A program made the position numbers and the translations under genes. 64,000 bases of DNA from assembly GCA_964036045.1 (NCBI GenBank), contig OZ038378.1:108686001-108750000 (forward strand), given 5' to 3'. Position 1 is the stretch's first letter, and the number at the start of each line of letters is the position of its first letter. Origin of the DNA: Eutreptiella sp. 'Long Island Sound 2002'. Lineage: Eukaryota; Protista; Euglenida. The notes under the pieces were generated by a model. The model was given only the letters and a program-made list of their open reading frames with translations. It was not told the origin of the DNA and did no database searches. Below, piece by piece: positions 1-12,903 of the stretch.

Positions 1-47
1 CGACCAGGTGGCCCCCCGGGGCCAAAAGGTGTCTAGTACCCGTAAAA

Positions 48-470
48 TCAAAACTCAAACCTCAAACCGCTTGACGTGTGTTCAGACTGCTCGAGTGGCA
101 CAGATTCCCCTCCATCACCATGGTCTGCTTGGAGGACATAAGGTGCTTGCAGCGTGAGGGATAGAGTCTGGGCGTGCTCGACGAAAAGGTCCGTCCCCAG
201 TACGAAGTCTAAGGCTTCAGTGTCCATCACGTAGAACCGAAGGGCAATGCTCCTTGATCGCATAGGCACGTGGACCTCGCAGTCCCCACAACTGTTGACC
301 ACATGACCATCTGCCATGCGAATGGCTGCAGTAAGTATGATGTGCTTCAGGTCCCCACGAGGTAAAATGTTTTTGGCCACAATAGATATAGTAGCCCAAG
401 TATCCAGTACCCCCAGGTATTCTCGTCCCCCAAGAAGGATACGTACCCAGAACGCAAGGTCTGTAGATCC
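48..470 (-). pseudogene. Retroviral-type aspartic protease region
   Basis: Manual upstream extension of ORF 48..380 gives LGVLDTWATISIVAKNILP (D-T-G-A motif mutated to DTWA) and C-terminal DFVLGTD. Confidence 0.75.
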
Positions 471-893
471 CCCAGAGCGTGCCTGTCAGGACTCCGCGGG
501 GCAGGTCACTTTGTACCCCTTCTTCTGCAGTTTCTGCGCCATGCGCATGAAGCGGGAACGTTCGCGGGCATTAGACTGCCCCCCGTCTTCGTTGGCACAC
601 TTAGTCCATTGTTCTTGTTGGGCTTGCGTCTGCGAACGGGTAGTAGGACCGGGACTCGACTGCCCACCAGAGGGCCCCGATTCCCCCCATGGTGTCGCAT
701 TCGGGTTCTCAGCGTTCTTGTTCTTGTCAGGCTTGCGATCAGAGCCTCCTCATCCACCTTTGCCCTCCTCTTGGCCTTTGCGACGTCCATTGGGCTTGCC
801 CTTGCCACTTTCCTGGTCGTTGTTGCCCTTGCCACTGCCTTTGCCACTGCGGTCCTCGCTCTTGAGCTTCGCCGAGAGGCGTTGCTTGTGGTA

Positions 894-935
894 GCACTTG
901 TCTTCGTAGTGCTTCATCTTACCACAGAATGCACA
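894..935 (-). other. Gag nucleocapsid CCHC zinc knuckle
   Basis: C-AF-C-GKMK-H-YEDK-C in ORF 750..1112. Confidence 0.85.
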
Positions 936-1542
936 GGGGATAGTGCACAACAGTGCACGGCCTGCAGTGGTCCGGCAGCTCTCCTTTGCTGCCGGTGCTG
1001 GTCTCCTGCTTCTTCCCCTGGACCATGGGACAGTTCCGCTGATCCCAATCATGGGCATGAAGCAGGCAACCCTGCTCATCTCTCGCATCACACCGGAAGA
1101 GCTCCTCGACACTGCTCATGATGCGAATATTTTTTGTGGTAGTCCCCTGTACAGGTCGGGGGCCCTGGCACCGCGGGCCATGGCTCCCAGAGCCGCTCCC
1201 TCCCGGACGGTAGGCATTCAGGTGCTGGTCGCTTGGTGTCCATAAGGTTGTATTCCGCCCTTCAGAAGTGTTGTGAGTCTCGACGTACTGGTTGTACTGC
1301 ACGGGGTTGCAGGTACGCAAGGACTGAAAATCTCTGCTACCAGAAAGTTAGAACAGGCATCCGACGTGCGCGCGTGTGACGACAGGCGCAGGCCTTATTA
1401 TTTTTCTCCGTCCGACTGGACAGCGCCTTTTTCCACAGGCAGTGGACCAATTCCTCACGGAATTACACCTTTTTCTTCTTTCTGTACCTTTTGAATCGTT
1501 ATTCCGCAGTCTGCTCAACTTGCGGAATTCGCCTGAATAACC

Positions 1543-4028
1543 ATGCCTGGTACTAATCCCAAGTCCAAGACTTCGTCAAAAGCTACAGATAGGTCCAGCG
1601 GTAGCCTCCGCAAAAAGACTCTGGACTCCCACTCCATGTCTCGTGACATTCGTCAAACCATCCTTTCACGCATTGACCCCGAGCGAGTTTCGGTGGCAAT
1701 TGACGTTGAAAGTTTGTCAACGGCGTCGGACTTCTCTTCAATGTTCCTTCCCCTCCCACCAATCACCTCTTTGGACGATAAAGAAAATACGAATCAGCAA
1801 AAAAAAGAGAACCCAAAGAAAGGTCTCGGTGAATTTGCTTATCCGGCTCCACGGCCGCCTCCTGGCACGGCAAGCTCATCCGCTCCGAACCCCGAGTTGG
1901 CATCAATTGTTCATAATGAAAAAAATGATGCGTTAGCATCCATTGTTGATAACGGAAAAAAATGATGATCAAAAAAAAGGTGTCAACGAAGAAGAGCGCT
2001 CGAATGTAGATCGCCTCAATTCACGCTCTTTAATTTTCACCACTACCGGTGGAACCGCCCCTTTCCAACCTCCTAAAGACTCTAACCATGATCATATTAG
2101 CGTTGGCTCCGGAGAGCGGCCCCATGATTCAATGGCGGAAGATGGACATTGTGTGAGCGATTCAAGGCATGCTTTTGCCTCTCCTTCCCCAAACACAACA
2201 CCCGCTAACGTCACACGGGAAAACACACACGATGACACCGCGCAAATGCCGTATACACCACCACCACTAGCGCCTTCATTGATTCTTGAACACAACCCCA
2301 TCAAGGCCCTTGCGCAACGGACCTTCCGCCAACAAGGAGCGTTGCCGACCGGCTTCCCCGAGCCCTGTGATATGACAAAAGATGTCCAAGGTGGAAAAAT
2401 TCCGGTCAAAGGCCAAAATAGGTTTTCCAAAATTGACATCCTTTCCCACACGCCCACCACATACCACGATACCTCACCTCTACCACCGCCAGATCTTTTG
2501 GCGGCCCTCTCCCCATCCCCACAAATACTACTCTTTGGTGACGGACTCCCCTATCGTGGTGTCCTAAAATGTTTTTCCGTTGCGGACATGGCAGATTTTG
2601 AATGAAATAACCTCATAGGCCTTGTCTCTTTTGCCATCCTACCGAACTTCGCGCCATTTAAAGATGAGCCGCCCTTTCTATCTCACCGCACGATAGTGAA
2701 ACAAATTGTTGCCATGCTACGAACGGCGAAAATACAAGACAAACCCACCACCGTTTGGCTTGCCTCTAACGTCCGGAGTAACGTCGCCGATGTTGAACTT
2801 GCCGCCTTGCTAGATAGGCGCATTGACCTCGTGCCCACACTCGCATTCTTGTGGCTATCGGTAGTTTGTCAAGTGGTGCACATGGGAACACGCTCTCCGA
2901 CCACCCACGATGTGACCACCTCGCCCACCCCGCTTGATCAACCCATAGTTATTTTCCAACTCACATCATCCCCACCACCAAAAAATCACGTACCTCAAAC
3001 GATAGGATACTTCCCCAAAAATGTGGACCCCACCGAGCCAATCCCAGCCAATGTCCACACACCACAATCCTCCCTCTTCCAGATCCTGGTTGACGTCCCG
3101 ATTGACATCACAAGGGTAGTCGACGGGGTTGAGGTTAAGTGGCACATTTCTGGATCTCTTCCCCTTCATGCTGATGTTGAACGGGCTAAACCCCGATGAC
3201 ACCTCAACGGTCCTCAGGGAACTGACCATGCCGAGGATCACCAAAACTTTTTGGCCGGTTGTGGTAAACTCTGCACCCGAAGGATACAAACCTTTCGATT
3301 TTTTCGTGCCCTTTGACGTCCTGGGCAATTTTTACGACGAACAACCAGCCCTTATGGACATGGGGGTGTCTGTTGGCCTCCTTGACCGCTCGGTCAAAGA
3401 ATCCGCCCTCATCATCACACACCATCCCCGTTTCCAAAAAAATGGGCCCCGTAGACGCAAAATGCCATCGGATGAGGTGCGTACGGCCGTGGAAATGAAC
3501 CCACCACTGTACCGAAAATTCGCCTTTTTGGTATTACTGAATAAATACGATGTCCTAGGAATGGTCCACAACCCCATGCCTATCAAACCAGCAGTGCAAG
3601 AAATTGAATGCCTGGGCAAAATGATTTGCGTGTCTGCCCACACGAACAACAGGGTGTTCGCGAGGGATTTTTTCCGCGAGGTCGAGCCCCCCTACGCAAT
3701 CGCCCGCTACCCACCCACACTCGACGTCCGCGACGTGCTGAAGTCTGCCCCCCCCTTCGGACCGGTTGAGAGCCATCAAGTCTTCCAGCAGTCAGGCTTC
3801 CTAATGGTAAAATACCAGGCAGTGCAATCAGCAGCAACTGCTTACGGCGCCACAATGCCCGGTCCCATTTATATGACGGCAGGCGATGCCGACAGGAATA
3901 TCACTATCTCTCTTACGGACCGCATGGAAAAAGTGAAACTCATCTCACTCCCTCAGCCTGTGCCCAAAAAAAACGAAATTTGGCGGCAGCCACCAGTGAC
4001 CTGCCCGAATTTGACATCCCCGATATAG
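1543..4028 (+). pseudogene. LINE-A ORF1-like region, split by frameshifts/stops, with an RRM-like segment
   Basis: Overlapping + ORFs 1543-1965, 1943-2605, 2696-3199 and 3129-4028. FGPVESHQVFQQSGFLMVKYQAVQSAATA resembles an RRM; lies directly upstream of ORF2. Confidence 0.55.
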
Positions 4029-4214
4029 CGTCTGCCGCCCACCCCTCCACCATCCCCTCCGCCCCTCCCTCAACACCCGGCTCTGCCTTTCTATAAGTCA
4101 CTTAACCCATGCACTGGCCGTCCATACAGACCCTACTTCAATGTATCACGCGCGCTCGGGCTGAACAACAACAGGTGTTCACCTTCCGCTGGATCGGTAG
4201 ACGCCCTGCACACA

Positions 4215-7200
4215 TTGCTGGTTGAACATTCCTTGTCCCGGTACACCACACGCTCACAGCTCGCTCTCTGTGTCGCTTTCCCTCGCCTTATGCGCTCCCT
4301 GTGCGCCATAGCGTCCCTTGTCGCCGCACGTGCATTGGCCCTCGCCTCATCCACCGTTTCATTACTCTCGTTGATCAAGGCGGGCAAACCCCCCCCCATC
4401 GCATCCCAGTATGCGCCGGTAGCCCCGCCATCCACCACACTGACTAGAGACCCCCCTACCCCCATACCCCCACCGAGCCAACCGCCAGGAAACACACAAC
4501 TCACAGTATCCCACACAGGCGCCACCCTCTTCCACTCCTCCCTGAACGTCGGAGGACCTGACATTACCCCAAACCGGTTTTGTCACCTCCTCTCGGGCTT
4601 CCAGCCTCTGCCACATACTATGAGCCTACAGGATCTCAAACCATCCCCCACCGCCCACGTCAGAGTCTTCGAGCGTGTTGCCCTTCACTGGGGTTTCCAC
4701 CTACTACACAGCTCCCCCTCCTCCAAAAATGGTGTTGCCTTACTTAAACACACCCCCATCTCCCCGAAGCCCCCCCCGCTGAAAGTCCACATCCCTGGAG
4801 TGCTGATCTCCACACAGCTGCATTTACACCGAGACCCGCTCATACCCGCCATGCACGTTGCCTCCTTTTACGGACCACACTCCCTCAAAGAAAAACGCGC
4901 ATGTGAGCCCCACCTAGACGCACTACTACGCAACTCCTACCTAATCATGGGTGACTTCAATGGCACCACACACCCCACGCACACCAGGACCCTGCGCCCC
5001 AACCTCTGGCCCTGGCTAGCGGCGAAGGAAAAGGCAGGCTCACTAGTCGACGTGTTACTCCCACAGGTGGATGGCATCCCCTACACCAGGGTGCGCCCGT
5101 TTGGTGGCACCAAGAGCTACATAGACCGAGCATATGCCACCCGGTTGTACCAGAACTCATACGAAGTGTCCTCCGCACGCGTCATTGATTTTTCTTCTGT
5201 GCACGGAACCTCCGACCACGACCCGATACTTGTGTCCACCATCCCCTGGACCGCGCCGCACCTCCCTGAACCACGATGTGCGCTCTGGAACAGACGCGAC
5301 GTCCAGTTGTACCGTTCCCTCATATCCCACGCCCTGCAGGATTGCCCTATGCCAGAAGTATACCAAGACGTCGAGTACTGCTACCGCAGATTCACGGATT
5401 GTATGCTCTCTGCCATGAGACAGGTCAATGCTTCCCGCCCCCCCTCCCCAAGCAGACAGGTTGACGTCTCAGACTGGCACCAGCTAGTAAAGCAATTAGC
5501 ACGCCAAGAAAAACGGCGCTCCAAAATATTTTTTCGGCGAATCAAACACACCCTGCTGAGTCCCCCCACACCCTCCACACTCCCCGTACCCACAAAGAGA
5601 ATACAACGCATCCTCCGGCGCAACTCACCTTGGTGCATGTCCGCAGCCACACACATACCACGCACGCCCACGATGCACGACGTACCACCACACAGCTTCA
5701 GCGAACTGCAAGCACTGGCCCGATCAGCTCCGAAGAAGTCCCCTGGGCCGGACGGAGTACCCCCGTATCTCCTCTCTGTACTACCTGACCCCTGTTTTTC
5801 GGTCAGCCACACTTGCCTGACCCTCTGTTACGAGGCAGGAGATGTACCACACTCGTTGCTCGTCTCTGAGACCTTCCGCATCTACAAGGGCAAAGGTTCG
5901 TGGAGGGATCCAGATAGGTGGCGCCCCATCGCCATGAGCAACAGCGTCTACCGCCTGCTCATGCGATGGGTTTATAAGCGCGCCTACCCCCTGCTATGAC
6001 CCCATCTGCATAACCGCCAGTTTGGTGGATGACAAGGAGTGACAACAAAGACATTCCTAAACGATATGGACACGGGCACAACGTGGGAGGCAATATACGC
6101 CTTCAACATGTATCATGCCTTCGACAGCCCGCCCAAGATACTGATCAGGGAAGTCCCGGACCAAATGGGGACGCCACCCAAGTTACTGCTCTTAATCCAA
6201 ACGGTAGTTGAATATGGCTCCACATTCATCTGGGGAGCCCCCGATGAGATGTTCCGGACCACACACGGGGTAGAGCAAGGGTGTCCACTATCCTGCTTCC
6301 TTTTTGTGCTGGTATTCGAGATAGCCCTGCGCTTCCTTGCCTCACAGGGTGTCGTGTTGTCTGCCTTCGTTGATGATGTGTCCACACCAATACCCCCAAA
6401 AACCGGCCCACACACCGCGGCATTGGTCCGGCGCGGCCTGAACCTGATTGGCTGTCAACTCAACGTGTCCAAAAGTGAATGCTTGCCCCTCATCTCCCCA
6501 CAACCGCCCCCCCCCCTCCCTCCCCAAGTACTCACACCCCCTCCACCCTATCCAGGCTGGACCAAGCTTCTAGTCACACGTGCCTTGCGAGTCCCTACCC
6601 GATTGGGCTGACCCCACCTTGCATCCGATGTCTCAGGTATCACACCTCATGCACCTCGGTCACCCATTGCCTGCAGACCTTCACCAGAAAGCGGGCTATA
6701 AACTGATCGCCGATGAGCTGCTCAGCCAATTGGCTGATCTCAGCGCACACCCCATACAAACCCTCGAAAGGGTACTGCTTGTCAACACAGTCGTACTGCC
6801 CCGGCTACTGTACCGATGCGAGTGCTGTCTAATCTGTCTAATGCGCTAGAGCGCTTCGTTTTTGCGGTGTCTGGGTTACCCTCGCTGGTAGCCAAGAAAA
6901 CGCTGTACACGCATCGCACACGCGGGCTTGGCCTCGGTAGTTTAGCCGTACTGTACCCCACCCTCGTACTTGACTCCCTACACAGGAACCCCCTGTTGGG
7001 TGACATGCGAGTGGCCGCCGATACGATATTCTCCCCTCGCACACTCTTCACGAGTGCCTTGTCTCTATTGGGACCCCTCCCCTCATCCAGCATGCTATCA
7101 CTGACAGTGTCCTGGAGATCCACAAGCGCATTGCGCGGACCTGTTGAAATAGCATCAGTAGCAGGCATTGCAGCATATGTAATACCGAATACCGGCCCCG

Positions 7201-8432
7201 CGCCCGACTGCACCTACACTGACGGCAGTCGTTTGGGATCCCCCCCAGCCTCCGGTGCCTCTGCTGTGCTACCCGACGGCCGCATTGTCCTGTGCCGCAT
7301 ACCCAGTAACCCCAACTCGTACAAAGCAGCGGTGATAGGCATCCTCCTCGGCTTGTACTTCTCGCCCCCCCACGCACGCTTACGACTGGATTGCAAGGGA
7401 GCCATTGCCTCCACGACTGGATCCAGACGCCCAGTGCGGCACTCCAGGTGGGTGTTACAAGCCAGACAATCACTCTTCTCCAAGAACCAGTCTGTTGGTT
7501 GGTTTGAGGGACACACTGGCCATGTACACCAGGAGCGGTCCGATGAGTATGCAAAATATGGTTCGACCCTACCCCAACCCCCCCCGGACTCCCCACAATC
7601 CCCCTCGGACATTGTGTATCGAGGGGAGCTTATGCTGCCCCCACATAAAGTACTCACCCATGATCTCGTTATCCAACACTCCCATGAACATTTTCACCCT
7701 TCCTCGTGGAATCCACTGAAATTTCGACGACTGGCATGGCACAAGTGGCTTTTTGGGATGCAGTCCAGAAAACCTTATGCCCACTATGCTAGTTTTTGGA
7801 AAGATGAATCGTCCCCACACCCGTGCCCACACTGTCACCAACGCCACAACCTCAGCGTGCACTACGTGCTCGCCTACTGCACCCCCTCCCATCCCCTGCT
7901 CCAAGCGTGGTTGTCATCTTGGCCCCAGGCCTCCCTGCTCACCGCGTGGCGCTCCACAGCACTTCGCAGAGACCTCCGCATCGTTGGCCGGATGGCCGTG
8001 CCCGTTTCCTTGTACCGACACTTGTGCCACACCATTGGGGGCTCAGCGTCCGCTAGGAAGTGTATTGGCCGCTTTCAGGCCCAGGCACTCGACGCCGTAA
8101 CCTCAGCCCTCCCTGGAGAAGTCCCCAAATCATCCCCGAAGCCGAACCCCTTCAACCCCCGAGATTGGGATCGCCCCCCCCGTCAAGTTCAACACGACCT
8201 AACCCGACCAGCCCCCCCCCCCCCCCAGAGTCGTGTCAAGCGCACCACCGTCACCCGCTCTACAGGCCAATCAACCGATGTAACCGCCACAAGGAAGCCC
8301 GTGGACCCAGATGATGCATCCAGGCACGCCCCTGCCCCCTGCACAGCCTTGCTTTTTCTCGCCGCACCGCTCTGCGATTCTTGTCCTCCACTGCACTGCT
8401 CACCAGGCCAACCAGCCGCCATGCATAAGTAG
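4215..8432 (+). pseudogene. LINE-A ORF2: APE endonuclease, reverse transcriptase, RNase H, C-terminal Cys/His motif
   Basis: EN: SLNVGG, IMGDFNG, SYIDRAY, SDHDPI. RT: KSPGPDGVP, RWRPIAM, GVEQGCPLS, AFVDDV, LNVSKSE. RNase H: YTDGS, LRLDCKG, WFEGHTG..QERSDEYAK. C-terminus: CPHC..H. In-frame TGA at 5997 and 6029, frameshifts near 6.55 and 6.83 kb. Confidence 0.92.
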
Positions 8433-8522
8433 TATGCCACCCCCCACGTGCACGGCGATCTCGTCTCCCGCACGGCGCCATGATGCCCCCACACGACTGC
8501 GCCTGCCCCCCCCCCCCCGCCA

Positions 8523-9694
8523 TTTTCCATTTGCACGGCTTTAGTGATTAGTGATCTAACACTATTAGCATCACAGGAAAATTGGGAAAAAAGCTGACGT
8601 AAAATCTGCGGAAGCTGCGGAAGCGGCAGGCAGAAGCGAATTCAGCGCAATCAGCGGCAGCGCGATCAGTGGAATCAGTTTGGTGACGCAGGGTCAGCTT
8701 AGGGATGACGGTGTTGGGGGGTCAGGGGTCCACACAACATCCAAAGTTCAATGCTTGGTTTTGTAGGTCAAAATGCTTTGTCACCCCTTTTGGATCGGCC
8801 AATACTAAGATAAAAATGTAGTATGCCTTTAGGCATCTCCAAAACAAGTAAAGCCTACCTTTTGGCAGGGAAACACACTTTTTCTTACAGGGCGGATGCG
8901 GCGCAGGAGGATGGTCCAGACGTTCCTGACCTCCATTACTGCACACACTATGGGACGCCAGTTGTCCGGGTTGACCCAGTCCCTTTTTTTGTAGAAGGGG
9001 CGGACAACGTTTGCCAAGTCTGGTGGCACGGGGGTCCATCCCGTGACGATGTCCCAGAGGTGGTGGGCGAGGAGGTGGTGGTACGCCTCCGCAGGGAGGC
9101 CGTCGTAGCTCGGGGTTTTGTGTTACCGGAGAGTATTGATGGCCTTCCGGACTTCGTGGATGGTGAAGGATCGTTTCACTAGTTGCCTCCTCTGGGCGTG
9201 ATTGAAGACCTGAGGGAGGCGGTCGATTTTGTTTTGGGTGTCCGTGTCCAGTCTGTCTTCGGTTGGGGTGTGTTGATGGAGGAAGCTGTCCTCGGTGGCT
9301 TGGAGCACGGTGGCCGGGTCGTTGGTGAGGGAGCCGTCCGACCGCCCGAATGTGGTGATGATGCGGTGGCCGGTGTCAGTCATCGCGTTGTTGAGGTGGC
9401 GGATGCCTTTCAAGGGGAGTTCATGTCGCGTATACCGCCCGTGCTCTTAGGCGATGCGCGCTGCGGGGGTGGCAGGAGGACTTTGCGGGGTGGGGGGGCG
9501 CCTGGCGCCTTCTGGAGGAGCATCTGGGGTTAGGCGCCCACACTCCCCCGGCTGTCCGTCCTTTGCGCAGGTAGTCGGGGCCCGCTGCCCACATACTGTG
9601 GGTGCGGCTGTGCAGGTATGGGGACCTGGCACTGGTTCCTTGTCTCGCATGTCCTGCTGGGGGTTGCGCGTCGGGAGGGTGCTCTGGGAGATTT
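8523..9694 (-). repeat. Composite repeat copy 1 (non-coding tail, LINE RT N-terminal fragment, GC-rich unit); interrupted by LINE-B and resuming at 12608-12760
   Basis: Collinear with 12904-14050 (ttagtgattagtgatctaacactattagcatcacaggaaa..., NWRPIVCAV). Confidence 0.85.
8829..9413 (-). pseudogene. LINE ORF2 fragment (linker plus start of RT)
   Basis: FTIHEVRKAINTLR*HKTPSYDGLPAEAY ... KKRDWVNPDNWRPIVCAV; truncated at RRIRP. Confidence 0.8.
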
Positions 9695-12607
9695 TTTTTT
9701 TTACGTAGACCAGTTCGAACAAAGTTCTGGGCCGGGGCACCACCCCATGCAAAGTACATTGGTTGGGGGTATAACATACAAAAGGGGAGGTAAGTTCGCG
9801 GGTCATGGGTCATGAATGGCTATTGTGTGGGAGGTTAGCCCTGTCCCTTCTTAATTTGCTTTTTGGGTGGTGCTGAGGAAGGTTTGGGTAGAGGCCTTGA
9901 CCTGGATTGCGGCGAAGGTGGTGCGGAGGGTCGTGCTGGTGGTGGAGGTGCTGTGCGCTGCGGGAATGATTGAGGTCTAGTTGACAGTGACCTGGAGCTG
10001 GGCTGTGACCTCTTTCTCACCTTCAGTGGTATGGGTGGCGGTGCAGTGTACCCCTGTGGTGCGCGCCGTTTTTTGTGCTCTGGAAGGAAAGATGTGCTGT
10101 AGATGGAGTTTGGTGTGCAGAAGTGGTTGATTCCTGAGCGAACTGTTGGAAGTGACGGAGGGGGGTGGTCCTGCAGCCACTGGTGACAGGTGTGGACCGC
10201 TGTGGTAATGGCTGGACGTCTGTGAACCAAAAAAGCAGAGAGCTGCTCTGGCGTCATCCCAATCGAGGTTTTAAGCTTGGTATGCAGTGAAGATGGCACA
10301 AGTGTGCGAATAAGGTTTCGTTTTTCGCCGGGACGTGCGGACGACCACCAGGGGAGCACAAATTGCCAGGTACTAGAAGGCCAGGCTCTCAGGAAAAGGT
10401 CTTGCAGGAACCAAAGCGAAGTGCAGTGACTCAGCATAGATAGTGGGTCCAAAGGGTGAAGTGCATGGCACAAGTGACATCGGTAGGAGAACATGTCCTG
10501 GTGAGACGGGAAACCTTCAACCCACAAGGTCGCGGATGTCCAGAGAAATGGCAGGTTGTCGAGCTTGGATGAGTGACGGTACCAGTCATAGCTAGAGAGG
10601 TGATGGAGTGCAGAGTGAACATGCATTGGGGAGACATGCGACAGATCTTTGTTTTTTAGTTTGTTCGTGAGTGGAATCCCATTGAGAGATATGCATCTTT
10701 TGGGGGGAGGTGGAATCAGGTAAGGATGTGGGGGGCAGCTGTAGTAGATCCACTTTGCAAGCGCATCAGCGACTTCGTTTCCCAAAAAACCGACATGGGC
10801 CTTTATCCAGGCGACTTCTACTACTGCCTCAATATTGTGTAATTCGTTTTTGAACGCTACCAACCAGTTGTATCGATGTGTCTCTGAGTTAGGATGAGTC
10901 GGGCACTGTGATGGCTGATCGTCTGCTGCTTTACCGAACACAGATACTACCTCAGAGTTATCTGAGAGGATGCAGATGTGCTTGGCTGAAAGGTGAAGCC
11001 TGATGAAGCGCAAACAAAAAAGAAGTGCCCAAAACTCTGCATCACCCGACCCGCGAAAGGGGGAAGGGATGGCGATGGCGAACGTAGGGCCATTGTGCGG
11101 GAAAAAAACTGCCGCTGCGCCCGTGAGTGAGTTTTTTTCCGAACCATCAATGTAAATCCATAATGCTTGAGGGGGTGCGCGGACAAGCATCTGGTATGCT
11201 TTGGAACATTTCCATTAATGCAGATCGCTGGAAAACAGGCGGTGTTGGAAGGCCGGGAGATAGACATGCACACCAAGCTTGCAGGAGGGGCCCTGGGTCC
11301 CCCCGTGGGGGATAGGCGGTGAGGAGTGTGGTTTCGGTGAGTCGTGAATGAACGGTAGGAGTTGCTCTGGCGTCATGAGATGTGTGGGTATGGGAAGGTC
11401 CGTCGGTGGCTGAAAGGAAAATGAATGCGAGTTTTTTAGTGTGAACTTGCCGTGTGGTGTAGAAATTTGCGCTGACTTAGCCGAGGTTGATAAGACCGTT
11501 GCTGTGACCCATCCATCCGCTAACTCAACAAACAGCTTGCTGTCTGTCGGCAAGTGTTGGGTGAGAGCTGGATTCCAGACTCCAAAACCGTGGATGTCAG
11601 GTCGGAGGGCATGGGCTGCATCTACCAACCTGTCTTGTAATGGATTCGGGTTGAACTGGAAGTAGGCCGAAAGGACTGCCTCATGTACAGATAGGGGACT
11701 GTCCAGCATAAGGTGACATATGGCTCCATTGACTACGGATTTGTGCACAAAACGCGGCAGGTCCCATAGTCCCAAGCCCCCACGTACAAAGGATGAGTGT
11801 TTGTCCTTGGGGGACGTGGCCAGCGAAAATTTGGATTTGCAGGCGAGCGATTTCCAGATGCGATGTTGCAGGGAGCAAAGTTGCGCTGGAGGTAGGTCAT
11901 GGGTGAGGAGTCTGTAGTTTAACGTGGAAACAAGTAACAGGTTCGTGATTGTTACCATTTCATGAAGAGACAGATATATGTGCGACAGGCTGCTGAAGAA
12001 TGAAATTATTTCATTGTTCAGCAACTCGAACAACAGGAGGGGGTTTGGGTCAGTGAAGAGAAATACGCCCAAGTATTTGTAATATGTGTGAGGAGAGCCG
12101 TTGGGGGAGTGTGTGGAGTGTGATCCTTTGGAAGGCGTACAGATTGTAACTGGTGAAGCGCCATGCATGGCGTGGAGCTCCGTCTTTGATATGTTCATGT
12201 CAAGCCCTAACTGTCTTCCTTCCTTATCAAAAAAGTTAAAAACTGCCGCTGCGGTTGTGGGAGAGGTGGTCCTGAAGAGGAAGTCGTCAATAAATGTGTG
12301 AGTGGTGTCGGAATGTGACGTAGCTACATGCTGGGGGAGTGCCCAAAAAATTATGTTAATGTACAAGTTGAATAGAAGAGGAAAGAGGGGGCAGCCTTGT
12401 TTAACCCCCCTTAGCAGAGTCAAGTGGTGGTGTGTTTCACCATTAATGAATGGTATCTCTTTCGGAGAATGATACAGCATTTGTAGTGCTGTGATGAGCT
12501 GGGATGGTAAATTGTAATGAATTAGTGTAGACCAGAGCGCTGAGCGGGGGATGCTGTTAAACGCTTTATTAAAGTCTATATATAGGTGATAAGCTGGCGT
12601 GTTTTTT
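9695..12607 (-). mobile_element. LINE-B: 5'-truncated non-LTR retrotransposon with poly(A) tail and 5-bp TSD
   Basis: T11 at 9692-9702 (A tail on minus strand). GATTT at 9690-9694 and 12608-12612. The empty-site equivalent is at ~14030-14080. Confidence 0.85.
9835..12607 (-). pseudogene. LINE-B ORF2 (RT from motif 3 onward, RNase H, Cys/His motif); one in-frame TAA at 11215
   Basis: YIDFNKAFNSI, GVKQGCPLFP, FIDDFL, GLDMNISKTE, YKYLGV; RNase H IYIDGS, AEFWAL, LSDNSEV, WIKAHVGFLGNEVADALAK; CHLCH. ORFs 11215..12807 and 9835..11190 are in the same frame. Confidence 0.92.
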
Positions 12608-12903
12608 GATTTGTCTTGCCAAACTGAGGGGCGTTGGGGTTTAGGTGCTCTCTCTCTCACGACTCCCCGTCCCTGGAGCACGTAGCCGGGGTCCATTGCC
12701 CGTGTCTCGTGGCGCACATGGTGCGTGTATGAGGGCCCAGCACCTGCCCCATAGCGCATAGTTTGGTTCCATTCACAACAACAAGGCACATCTAAGCAAG
12801 GAAACAAAGTTCAATTGTTTACCCATACGATTCTCAATGCGACTCTAACCTTTCGGGCAGCACTAGTACCCAAACCTCTAGACAGCAGATGCGGCACCGT
12901 ATT

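Larger units (their letters stand above)
1..1325 (-). mobile_element. Ty3/Gypsy LTR retrotransposon fragment (gag plus aspartic protease), degenerate, continues off the window start
   Basis: CX2CX4HX4C knuckle (CAFCGKMKHYEDKC) followed downstream by protease motifs VLDTWATISIV...IRMADG...FYVMD...FVLGTD. The right boundary (~1325) is approximate. Confidence 0.8.
1330..8522 (+). mobile_element. LINE-A: near full-length non-LTR retrotransposon (ORF1 plus APE-RT-RNase H-Zn ORF2), decayed
   Basis: Ordered ORF1 then EN, RT, RNase H and Cys/His motifs over ~7 kb. Ends are approximate; no poly(A) or TSD recognised. Confidence 0.85.
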
